Source: Rotaria socialis
Lineage: Eukaryota
Length of the DNA: 64,000 nt
Direction of reading: 5' to 3'
Assembly: GCA_905331295.1 (NCBI GenBank)
Contig: CAJNYD010000224.1
Coordinates: forward strand, 124,001 to 188,000
Shown here piece after piece: positions 14,368 to 25,477 of this stretch. Made by a program: the position numbers and the translations under genes. The notes under the pieces were generated by a model. The model had not been told where the DNA came from. It was given only the letters and a program-made list of their open reading frames with translations, and made no database searches. Each line of letters starts with the position of its first letter. The first letter of the stretch is position 1.

Positions 14368-16115
14368 AAATCTATCTACAAACCATTATTTTGACAAAAA
14401 CCACCATTCAAACCTGACATATACAGAATGTTTGTTCAGTCAAGATTTTGCAAAATCTTATAAGTTTAGACACCGATTAAACTGAATATTTTCAATATTC
14501 TCGCGTTGACATTACTGTTTATTTTTACTGAAATGAACTGTACACACATGTTGTCGTGGAATTACAGTTTTTATTTTTAACTATCTATGAAGTATCATGA
14601 TTATCTTCTTTAACTTTTAAAGATTTACGTGCTTGTCTATTCCATCTTTAAAATATTCGTCTCATTTATTTTATCATAATCTGAAGAATAGAACATACCT
14701 CCTTTTTCAAACGTTCTTTCTTTTCGCTGTTTAATTACGGAAAAGGTATTAGACAAAAACAGTTTAGGAGAATAAGAACGAAAGCGAGAGAGAAGATTAG
14801 ATTTTTCATGTATGATATATATTGAATTTTAAGATGAAAGTTAAACGTACACAGATTAACGCTAATTAAAATATTTTAAAGAGAAAATACATTGCTCGGT
14901 TATCATCTAGATTTAATCCTTTAAGATAATAAAATGAATAATTCATCTATGTAATGTGCTACGAGAAAAATTCTCAACAGTATAGTTTTTATTTTATTTT
15001 CGTATTATATTGCAACAAAAGCTCAAATTTTTAAAACTAATTGACATTGAGAATGCATTTTCATTGTTAATGTACTCTGCTTAAGTGTTTCTGAATGTGA
15101 ATCTTATTAATTTTCCAGGATCAGATGGCGTTGTCAAAAACTATTGTTCAGAATACATCTAGATTTCTTAATATTTCCAGTGAGCATCCGTTAAAAACTA
15201 GAAAAGTGGAAAAATAGCTATAGAGAGGCGTTTTACTTTAGAGTTTGTGATAAATTTCTTTTGTCGCAAGGCTTCGTGGCGATGTTTTTAACAATTGGAC
15301 AAGTTTTGGAACTATGTATTTTATGTTAACATGTCTATTTCCTTCAGCAATAGCTATAGTGGAATATTTATTGAAAAAACATTTAAAATGTTCAGCAAAT
15401 CCTTATAAAAACATATTTTTTCCTTATTTTTCGAAATAGGGTCCTTCGAGCTCGGTTACGAAAAACATTTCTTTTCTATTTTTCTGGGAATAATATTTCT
15501 ACTAGAATTTTGCGTAAAATTTAGACCGATTACGCATTTGATAGTTTTTTTTGCAAGATATAAATAAGCTTCGATGACAATAATGAGTAACAAATGCATA
15601 TTTTTATCTAGATTCGAACTTTAAAAAAAATCAAATACCGAATGGCTTATAATCATTATATGTCAAATGATTTTGTTTAGTAAATAAAAACACGAACACC
15701 TTTATTTTCCAATGATGTTCATTATTCATGTATTGCTTAGTCACAGCAGTCAGATAAAAATTATAAATTCTAGAGAAACTGGAAAAGAGAATATGTTGCC
15801 CATTAAAAAAGCCCGTATGATTATTTTTATCGTTGCTGAACTCATTTGCTGAATTATTAGAAAAATCACAATAGTTTTTTATTAGAAACATTTATGAAAA
15901 CTTGAACATCAGAAAAAAAATCATCTTCTTTCGATATCGTTCCTCTTTTCTTCATTGTATTAAGAAGTATAAATATTTAGATATTTTCCGTAAAACATAA
16001 GTGTTAACATTGATTGTGACAACGAATTCTCATCTAAACTCAATCCATCTGCAATAAAAGATCACGAAAACAATAAATAAGGTAGCAACAGTACTCGAGA
16101 TTTATTATCTTAGTG

Positions 16116-16393
16116 ATGTCAAACAAAGATCATGGTTAGTGTTTAGTATGTAATGATGTTGCCATTGGTATCAATTTTGGAGTACCAACTTGTATGCCAT
16201 GTAAGGCATTTTTTCGGCGTAATGCAATTCAAATGGGTATAATTTTAGTGTCGATATTCAATTTATTTCAAAATACTCGTTGTGTTTTTTGGCAGAACCG
16301 TGAATATGTACGCAAAAATGATGGTGGTTGCTAAGTTTCTTTTAAATTTGGACGTCACGGTAACCGCTGTCGTTTGACAAAATGTCATAACAT
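16116..16393 (+). pseudogene. Nuclear receptor pseudogene, DBD only
   Basis: Reads [40 protein letters not shown], with an in-frame TAG at 16137-16139. The intron-1 donor reads AT instead of GT. The exon-2 remnant has a TAA stop and lost cysteines and is truncated at a MITE. Confidence 0.88.
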
Positions 16394-16522
16394 CAGCAGT
16401 AGCAGAATTATCACCTAGCAGAATTCAAGAATTCTACTGTTCAATACAAGCAAAGTTCTAGTAAAATTCTGCTGTGAATACAGAATTCTTACATTCTGGT
16501 TGTGAGAATTCTGCCCACCCTC
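16394..16522. mobile_element. Small inverted-repeat element (GCAGAATTCTCAC arms), copy 1
   Basis: Arms GCAGAATTATCAC ... GTGAGAATTCTGC. Shares ACAAGCAAAGTTCTAGTAAAATTCTGCT and ATTCTGGTTGTGAGAATT with the copy at 21198-21340. Confidence 0.7.
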
Positions 16523-17632
16523 ATCTAAAGTAGACCGAACTCTTTCTTCAATGTTATACACTCTCAATTCAGTAGCAAACATAACTGTTACCAGGTAAAT
16601 TTTTATATCTAATTAATATTTGTACCAAGCTTATTTTCTTTCATTGATACAACTAGCTGCGATTTTAGATGACAAAGATTGAAATTTCAAAAATCCCTTG
16701 GAGCTCCTTATCGAGCAGGAGAATTATTATGGTTATTTTTTATGTTCTCAATGTAATGGAATTCTAAAAGTTGAAAGCTAGCCCAGTCTTATGGAACATA
16801 ACCACACGCGACTGAGCTACCATGAAACCTGTAAGAGTGACCGCTCCACAGCTTGTCACATTATATCTGTTTTGGTACCGCTTTAATCGTAAGTAGTTAG
16901 AGTCCATTATTTTGATCTGATAGTATAAATAAGAAATCCAATAATTAAAATTTCTTTTATCATGGTACATTCCACAGAATATTCCAAATCACTCGTTTGT
17001 ATTAAGATGGATTTATTTGATAACATCTATTTCTCCCTTTTCTTGAGCTATATCGTTAATCACGCTCTATTTGTAGAACATGAAGACTGGATATTTCGCT
17101 GAAAAAGAGGAGTTAATCAATCGGTTAAGAAACTGCTGTATGATCATTCGATTAACTCTGTTTCTTTTCAAAATCCTATAGCAATGGTTTATTGATTAAT
17201 ACTGAATGTTTCGCTGCTTATAGAGTGCTCTGGTGTTTTTACCTGATAATGTCGTACAATGAACCAGAAAAACTATCAAATCATGCAGCTTTTAAGAAAC
17301 ATTTTATATAGATTTTCGTTTAAACCATATTACGTCGCATTTATAAAAAAGTGTTTTTTAGTCTATTAGTATTTAAAGTCGTTCCACAATCGATAATTGT
17401 TTTGATGGCTGCGCTAGAAATGGTCATTTAATTGCATCAGCAATTCATTTTGCATGTACAGATGCACGAATGTTAATTATTTTAGTTTGGTTTTAGATAT
17501 AACGTAGTTTTCCATAATCTACTACATCATCAGTAACTTTTTCTTTATTAGCTCATGTAAAGTCGATTATCTTCTAGCTACTAAAAACATATATTACCGA
17601 CCTACTACACGTTTCATATTTAACGCATTCAA

Positions 17633-19236
17633 ATGAAAAACGGAGAACATAAGCGTTGTTTAGTATGTGATGATGTTGCAATCGGTATCAACTTTGGCGT
17701 ACCAACATGTATGCCATGTAAAGCATTTTTTCGACGTCACGCAAATAAACAAGGTGTAAGTTAAATTATGAGAGAGAAGACATTTTTGATCCAATTTCTT
17801 ATGTGTTTTCTTTTTCTGTCTTGTTCACAGACCAGTAAATTTATTTGTGAAGATGTTGGCAATTGTGTAATAACGTATAAATATCGTCGTGTGTGCAATG
17901 GTTGTCGTTTGGCAAAATGTTTTCATGTTGGAATGAAAAAATCATTAATTCTTTCGAATGATGAACGTGAAGCTCGAAATAAACTCGTGGCCATCAATCG
18001 ACTGAAGCGTGGAAAAGTTCCTAAAGAGGAAACCATAGTATGGGTTCGTATTAAATTAATATTTTGTATTGCAAGTTTCAATAGAATAATATCAAAAAAA
18101 ATCGGAAGGTAAACGTAGTAAACCGACCCAGGTTGAAGAACTCAGTGACCTGAATTCCGGTCGGATTGTTCGCCTTCGTCCTGGAGAGCTTGCAATACTG
18201 TTTACGGAACCATTTTGTTAGGTTTTATGCAAAATTCTCAAAACCCTTTCAAGTTCCATATTTCGTTCTAGATTCATTATAAATTCTCAGCTTTTTCACC
18301 GAGAAAAGATTCAGTGTAGCACCTTTTTTTCGAGCGTAGTAAAATTCAACTATTTGAAGAGGTTCAGTACTGTCTAACTGAGTATGAAGTTCTCACTTTT
18401 CCTATGAAATGTATAAGTATCTAATGCATATTTACTGTAATTTAAAGATGCAACCACCATTATTACTTCATGTGAAACAGAATCCCTGTCAACATCTGTC
18501 TCCCTGTGACCAAGTTGTTCTAGCCAATATATTTTATGCCTACGAAAATACTTGCATAGCGGCCAAAAATACTCGATTTCAGTCATTCCCTTCGATTGCG
18601 CATACTTCAATACATAAATTGCTCAACGAACTCTCCCCAATGTTCGAGATATTCATTGAATATTTGAAACTAATACCAGAATTTAACAATCTACTTATTC
18701 AAGACAAAATACGAATAATGCGAAATCATTTTGGCAATATGATCAATATTAATCAACCTTTGATGTATTCTGTAACTCCCACTAATCTTCTTGTAACATA
18801 TACAAATGTATTCAATACTGATATTACTAACTGTCTGTTAAAACGTAACCAAATAGTTAATCAGTTTATGTTTGACCCTATTGTATTAAGAGTTCTTCTT
18901 ATTATTGTTGTGCTTTCAAGTGGGAACTGCAGAAGCATAGACGATATGGATATGGATCTAGTTTGTGATGACACATTATCGATATTTTCTGCTCAGAATA
19001 TTTATGTTGAACTGCTATGGCGATATATCTTATCACGTTCATCAAATGAAAGAACTGTAGTGACGTTTTTCAATAGATTACTGATGTATATATTTCATGT
19101 ACAAAATATTGGCATGCGCATCGACAATTATATGAATAGATTTACGCAAGAAATCGAACTAATGGAACCTATGGTGCAAAGTATGTGGCCAAGAAAGCGC
19201 AACGACGAAAATATGAATGTTTCAAATACCGGTTAG
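17633..19236 (+). CDS. Nuclear hormone receptor C (NR1J/HR96-like), 3 exons, ~374 aa
   Basis: Exons 17633-17755, 17831-18043, 18448-19236. CLVCDDVAIGINFGVPTCMPCKAFFRRHA; CEDVGNC...CNGCRLAKC; LBD YLKLIPEFNNLLIQDKIRIMR. Confidence 0.93.
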
Positions 19237-19629
19237 AACATTATAGATAATAATTGCTGTATTCAAGTTTATATCAGTGTTTATTTTGTTTTTTCCTCGT
19301 GATGGAAAAATTTTCAAACTTGATCTGTAAGAAAGTATATAAGTATTTTTGTTAGCATGATTAAGAGGATTAATAAATTTTTTTCAATTGTTTATTAAGA
19401 TTGTTGTACATTTTCTGCATAAAAAATCTTACAAACCAGTATAACTACGTATAATTTTTTCTTTTAGATAAATGTATTCGTCGATGAGATCTGCTATTTA
19501 TGTCTTATTTGATATGATATCAATCGATTCGGTCAAGAGCGCGCCTAGAAAAATTCTATTAAGAACATCACTATAAAAATCGTTGTTTTACAACAGAAAC
19601 GTAAAATGAGCTAAGACTACAATATATAC

Positions 19630-20542
19630 AGTGCTGTGAAAAATTATAGAATCACATTGTACCTTGCACTTCTTTCGAATTTTATTCTCTATCAATATCA
19701 ATTTTTCGTTTTAAATTGATCGTATATACATAAAGTCAAATGTGGGCGTGGGTATCCCTGCATCAAATAGAAAGTTTACATCCACGCCCACACCCACACC
19801 CTGAGCCCAACCACCGACGCTACGCGTCCCACCACTAACCATTTTTAAAGAAATATTTTTTTGACAACGTTAAACACAATAACACAACATGCTTGCATTC
19901 GCTCCTGTCTCTTTTTCGGTTGATACTAAGTTATAATGGCCTATTCAGTATAGTTTTACTCACCATTTTATCTCTCAGAGTAGATGACCCTCTGTCGTTG
20001 CATTAATTATTGATGCATTATCACTTGGTCAATGATTTGCTTCTTTTCTTATAATGATCTTACAACAGAAGTAAGCTACACAAACAGCATCGTGAATATA
20101 TTCGAAATAGATAGTATTTTTGTTAATTTAGCATGTAGCTGGATAATAAACAATTAAAACCTGGTACTATTCAATCGTTTTTTCGCTCATCTTTCAAGAA
20201 GAAAGAACACTTAGTAAAATGAAGCTGACAAAAACCACCGTACGTAATGCAATGTCGAATAGTCGGTTGAATGCGACTTCGACATTAATTTCGAAAAACT
20301 TGTGGATAATTTTTCTGATTTGCACAAAAACAATAGAGTTATTTTTAAAATAGAGCTTTGTAATTATGTATTTCTTTTTAATAAACAAACGAAGCGTTGT
20401 GTTAAAAACAAATTTCAAGATAAATACATCATTGCATCGCATTCTTGTTCTATGAAAAAAATTATGACTCACCAAAAATAACTTTTCGAAAAAACCGTTA
20501 GGGCTCAGTCCAACCACCCGGTAAATCTTGGTTACGCCACTA
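19630..20542. mobile_element. Patch of degraded DNA-transposon fragments
   Basis: TA|CAGTGCTGTGAAAAATTATAGAATCAC (Tc1/mariner-like terminus) at 19630, a GC-rich CCCACACCCACACCC block at 19741-19840, and a hAT-like end GGTTACGCCACTA at ~20530-20542 resembling the 2116 end. No intact partner ends found. Confidence 0.4.
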
Positions 20543-21197
20543 AATGAGACGTCAACTCCAGATGACAATACTTGTTTTTTTTGCTACATGAGCATAATCT
20601 CGCTCGCTGATAATAAGAATGATAAAATATTGTGTGCAAACTGATTTCATTGCTGAGGATGTTATACACACTAGAAAACCTGTGGCTCGTTAGAAATATA
20701 TTTTTCGAGACAACGCATTTACAGTTGCGTTAGAAAAAGTAGGTCCTTTCTGTGATAAACGAATGCTTTGAAAGGGATTTATTTGCGCGTTTCAAAAGGT
20801 CAATATTCGAATAAAATTTCGGTTGAAAATACGATTGTACAGGGCCTGAGTAATTATATACCCATACAGCTAAACGCAAGTAAAAACAACTAATAAACCA
20901 TACCAAGACATATTTTTCATTTAGAATGAAACAAGTTTGAATGGTGTTCGAATCGTTTTCTTTTTTCAATAGAGTGTGAGTTTAAAAAGTTCATCTCAAT
21001 AACATGTAATACATTGTGAAATAAGCAGGTTGGATCAATAAAATAGCCATTAATGCTTATTTCATCGTTATTCGCAAACCTTCAACTGAAACTGATAGAT
21101 GTGCTCAGTAGCCTCCATAATATAGTCACTTGCTTAATATTTTTTTTGTTAACCATTCTGAAGCATATTTTTGTTTAAAATTTCGAGCATTATTTGC

Positions 21198-21340
21198 CAG
21201 CAGTGTCAGAATTCTCACCTAACAAAATTCTGCTAAGAATTCTGTATTCCTTATGATTAGTTGACAAGCAAAGTTCTAGTAAAATTCTGCTATGAATACA
21301 TAATTCTTATATTCTGGTTGTGAGAATTTTGCCACCCCTC
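21198..21340. mobile_element. Small inverted-repeat element (GCAGAATTCTCAC arms), copy 2
   Basis: Direct homologue of 16394-16522; arms CAGAATTCTCAC ... GTGAGAATTTTG. Confidence 0.7.
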
Positions 21341-21382
21341 GTATTTGTACAGCTGGAAATATAAATTTATTGTTCTTAGAAG

Positions 21383-22182
21383 GTCGCAACAGCATCATTA
21401 TTACGCATGCCAACAAGTTCAATTCAATATATATCTTCAGATGGTCAAGTCCTTCTATCCAATGTCTTTCAGTCATATGAAAATACTTGCGTACTAGCAA
21501 AAATACCCACTTTCAATCTTTTCCTGTTATTCAACATACGTTCATACATTTGCTAATAAATGAAATGGCACCGGTGTATCAAACGTTCGTTCAATTTTTG
21601 AAATTCATACCTGAATTCAATAATATCATTATTGATGATAAAATAAGGTTATTGAGAAATCATTTTGGTGTTGTAACTAATATTAATGAATATTTTATGT
21701 TTTCCGTCATACCACACAACCTTATTATGACGTTTACAAATGTATTTGGAACTGATATAACGAATGGTATTTTCAAACGAAATAAACTTATTGATCAATT
21801 TATTTTTGATCCTATTCTATTGAAACTTGTTCTGGTTATTCTTGTAATTTACAATACGAATAATAGAAATCTGCATTATATAGATATGAAAGTACTTTAC
21901 AGTGATTCATTATCGATATATGCTGCACAAAATGTTTACTATGTTGAACTGTTATGGCGATAAATTCTATCACGTTCATCAGCAGAACAGGATGCAGTGA
22001 GAGTTTTCAATAGGTTAATGTTGTGTGTATTATATATAAAAAATGTTGATATCGTTATCGATGGTTTTATTCGTAATGCAAACCGAGAAATTCAACAAAT
22101 GGTGCCTATGATTCAAAATATGTGGCTAGGGACATGTGATGATGAGGATAAAAATGATACGAATTTTTCTGAAGAAAATTAG
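21383..22182 (+). pseudogene. Nuclear receptor pseudogene, LBD exon only
   Basis: Paralogous to exon 3 of receptors C and D (LLSNVFQSYENTC..., FLKFIPEFNNIIIDDKIRLLRNHF, AQNVYYVELLWR, PMIQNMW). It has a 1-nt frameshift near 21500 and a TAA at 21961-21963 where paralogues have Tyr. No DBD exons seen between 19.3 and 21.3 kb. Confidence 0.88.
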
Positions 22183-23880
22183 TTATTTGTTTATATTTTG
22201 AATATAATATACTTCAGAAAGATTGGTGTCACAGAAGCTTGACACTCTTCGATTCGAATTATTGCTAATCTCTGATTATGAAGAATGGTGTTGTCGTTAG
22301 ATTATTGAAGCTTTTAAAATGTTTTATATTTGTATTTGTGAAATATTTTCAATATTAAGTTGGCGATGATGTAAAATTGTGAGTTTCTAGTTTTATATTT
22401 CGAGTTCTGTTTTGGAATTTGTGTGAAAGTGGTGTGCTGCTGTTTTGGGATGGATATTTTTATTTTCGAAGCCTATGCCATCTATTTTACAATATTGATA
22501 TGAGAAAATTAATTTAGATAAATGTCCTTCAAACTTTGCAACAGGATTAATCGAAATTGTTGTAATAAAAATATTAAAATTATTTTACCTACTGAATAAT
22601 TTATTCATCTTTTTAATAATGCTTTTAATTCGTTAATATTACTATTATTGACGAAATAGAACCGTTAAATGCGACTGATCATTATTCTTAAGTTTAATCG
22701 AGCTGTGTTAAGCTTCGATTGAATCACGACCTTGCTATGTTATTTATTTCTAATAAAATAACTATCAAAGAGTATGCTGAATTAAGTTCACACATTTATG
22801 TTTCATGAATGGCATGGAATGCAATTGATGCAGCCAGGAGTATCATGAGATGTACCATCTCTCGGTGATTTATAATTTACAACATTCGTCACCTCGATAA
22901 AATATAATAAATTAATTTTACACAAAAATTTTAAATATAATACTCGACTAAATTTCAATTTATTGGTAGAAAAGGTTATAAACGAATTCACAATAGATAT
23001 GAAACCAAAATTACAATTGTAACATAATGCACTGTTTCCATTGATGTATAGTTTTGTAATCACGATTTTAATTTGAAAAAATTAACACTTAACATTGTCT
23101 GGCTCATATGCAATGCTTTTCAATTATGTAAAATACACGATTATGTCTACAATTGTCTCTCGTTAACGTTCGATTTTATTTTTTTAACCGCTTTATTTTA
23201 TACCACGGAGAAGTCCGACGTTTTGTTTTTAGTGATTCAAGTATAGTTGTTTTATAGAATTAGAAAACTTATCAACTTTTTTAGCATGCAGTTAGAAGAA
23301 TATTTTATGCGACAAAAAGTATCGATTACTGTTAGATCCGAAACTATAAAAGTTGTTTACATTTATATAGTAAAATTTTTCAATATTGATTATTACATTT
23401 CATGCCATTAGAGTGCATCTGAATTTTTCAGAGCATTGACATATGTTTATTGCAACTTTTTCATTGGCAAACATATTTGTCAAGCTCATAGTTGTAATAT
23501 ATAAACTCGATAATTTCAATCTTTCATAGCTCTTGGAATCTTTTGTTATTTTTCTTCAAGTGATTTTCATTTTTTTCGAGAATTAAAAGTTCGATCTTTC
23601 TGCTACTTGAAATCAGGTCTCAGAAGATACAGATGAATCTGAAGATCGGGCTGGTTCAAGCATTTTCTATATACAGTAATAATTCCATGAATTCTAATAT
23701 TTATTCTGATTACTAAACGACAACTTTTTTTTCTAGATTTTTAGATCTTTTTTAATTTGAATTCATTTTCAGAACCAGTTATTTCCATTATTTTTGTATT
23801 TAAAACTAACCAACTTTCAATAACTTATAACGAAACGATATTGATAATTAATTATATTTGATAGTTTGAATATATTCGAA

Positions 23881-25477
23881 ATGCCTCGTAAACCTCATGG
23901 TCAATGTTTAATATGCGATGATGACGCCATTGGTATCAACTTTGGCGTACCAACATGTATGCCATGTAAAGCATTTTTCCGACGTAACGCAAATCTAGTC
24001 GGTGTATGTTGCATATCGCTATAGAATTTTCTTTTTTTTCTATCTGAAAACAATTTTCTTTTTCTTTCTAAGACTCGTGATTTTATATGTCAACATGATG
24101 GAGAGTGTTTAATAACATATAAATATCGTCGTTCATGCAATTGTTGTCGTCTGGCAAAATGTTTCCGCGTTGGAATGAAAAAGTCATTCATACTAACTGA
24201 TGAAGAACGTGAATCTCGTAATAAGGTAGTCGCAGAAAATCGTCTCAAACGTGGAAAAATACCGAAACCGCAAACTATCGTATGGGTATGTGTTATATAC
24301 ATACGTACTTATAGTAGTAGTGGCAGGTTGAGTGAGAACGTTTTTGCACCACAAATCTGGTCTTCTACTTTGAGAGACAGACATAAAATAAGCTAATAAA
24401 TTTTGTAGACCAATTTGAGAGTAGCATAAGCAAAATATTAAAACCTCAAATGATGAGTATAAATCAATAGGTGTTTATAAGGCCTACAAATAGTTTGTAT
24501 CTTTCTGCTTCAACTGTATGCTTATAATTATACATATTGAAAACATATATTTATTACTTAAATAGATGCAGTTGCCGAAATTACTTAGCGTATCACCAAA
24601 CTCAACTCAATATCTTTCTCCGTTAGACGAAGCTCTTCTTTCAAATATTTTTCATGCATATGAAAAAACTTGCATTGCAGCAAGAAATGCTCAATTTCCA
24701 TCTTTTCCTGCAGCGAAATATGATTCATTACATGAGTTTTTCAATGAAATTTCTCTCGCATTTCCAGTATTTATTGAATATTTTAAACTTATACCTGAAT
24801 TCGAAAATATTATGATGGACGATAGAATACGCTTATTAAAAAATCACTTCTGTATTATTGTTAGCATCAATGAATTTTTAATGCATCCAGAAACATCAAG
24901 TAATCTTGTTGCAACATGGACAAATTTATTTGGTATCGATGTAACGGAACGTCTTTTAAAACGTAATCAATTACTTGATGCATTTCTTTATGATTTTATT
25001 CTATTGAAACTTGTTCTTATTGTTCTCGTCCTTTCAAGCAGCAATAGTAGAAATATTGATGATGTGGATTTAGATCTTATATGTGATAATTCATTGTTGA
25101 TATTATCTGCTCAAAATATCTATGTAGAATTATTATGGAAATATATATTATCACGCACAGACAACGAAAAAGATGCAGTAAAATTTTTCAATAAATTGAT
25201 GATGTGCATTCTGTATGTTCAAAACATTGATATGTACATAGATGGACACATCTGTGGCTTAACACATGAAATTAATCAATTAGAACCTTTGGTAAAAAAT
25301 ATGTGGCCAAAAACAGATCAAGAGGATGAGATCACTGACACAATATTAACGGAAGATATAGCTGACATTATCATAACTGAAGATATCGTAGATAACATCC
25401 TAACTGAAGATATCATAGATAATATCCTAACTGAAGATTTACCTGATATTAGCGTCATGGAAGATCTTATTTTCTAA
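23881..25477 (+). CDS. Nuclear hormone receptor D (NR1J/HR96-like) with acidic repeat tail, 3 exons, ~415 aa
   Basis: Exons 23881-24003, 24073-24285, 24566-25477. [36 protein letters not shown]...[33 protein letters not shown]. Confidence 0.93.
25331..25465 (+). repeat. Coding 27-bp minisatellite, 5 copies
   Basis: Encodes ITDTILTED-IADIIITED-IVDNILTED-IIDNILTED-LPDISVMED at the C-terminus of receptor D. Confidence 0.9.

Noticed and set aside
22803..23063. Minus-strand ORF ending in CINCIPCHS, superficially like CMPCKA
   Set aside because: Lacks the C-x2-C-x13-C-x2-C spacing and the FFRR helix; likely chance.
25331..25465. Regularly spaced repeats resembling a CRISPR array
   Set aside because: They are contiguous 27-bp coding repeats with no unique spacers, in a eukaryotic gene, with no cas genes.
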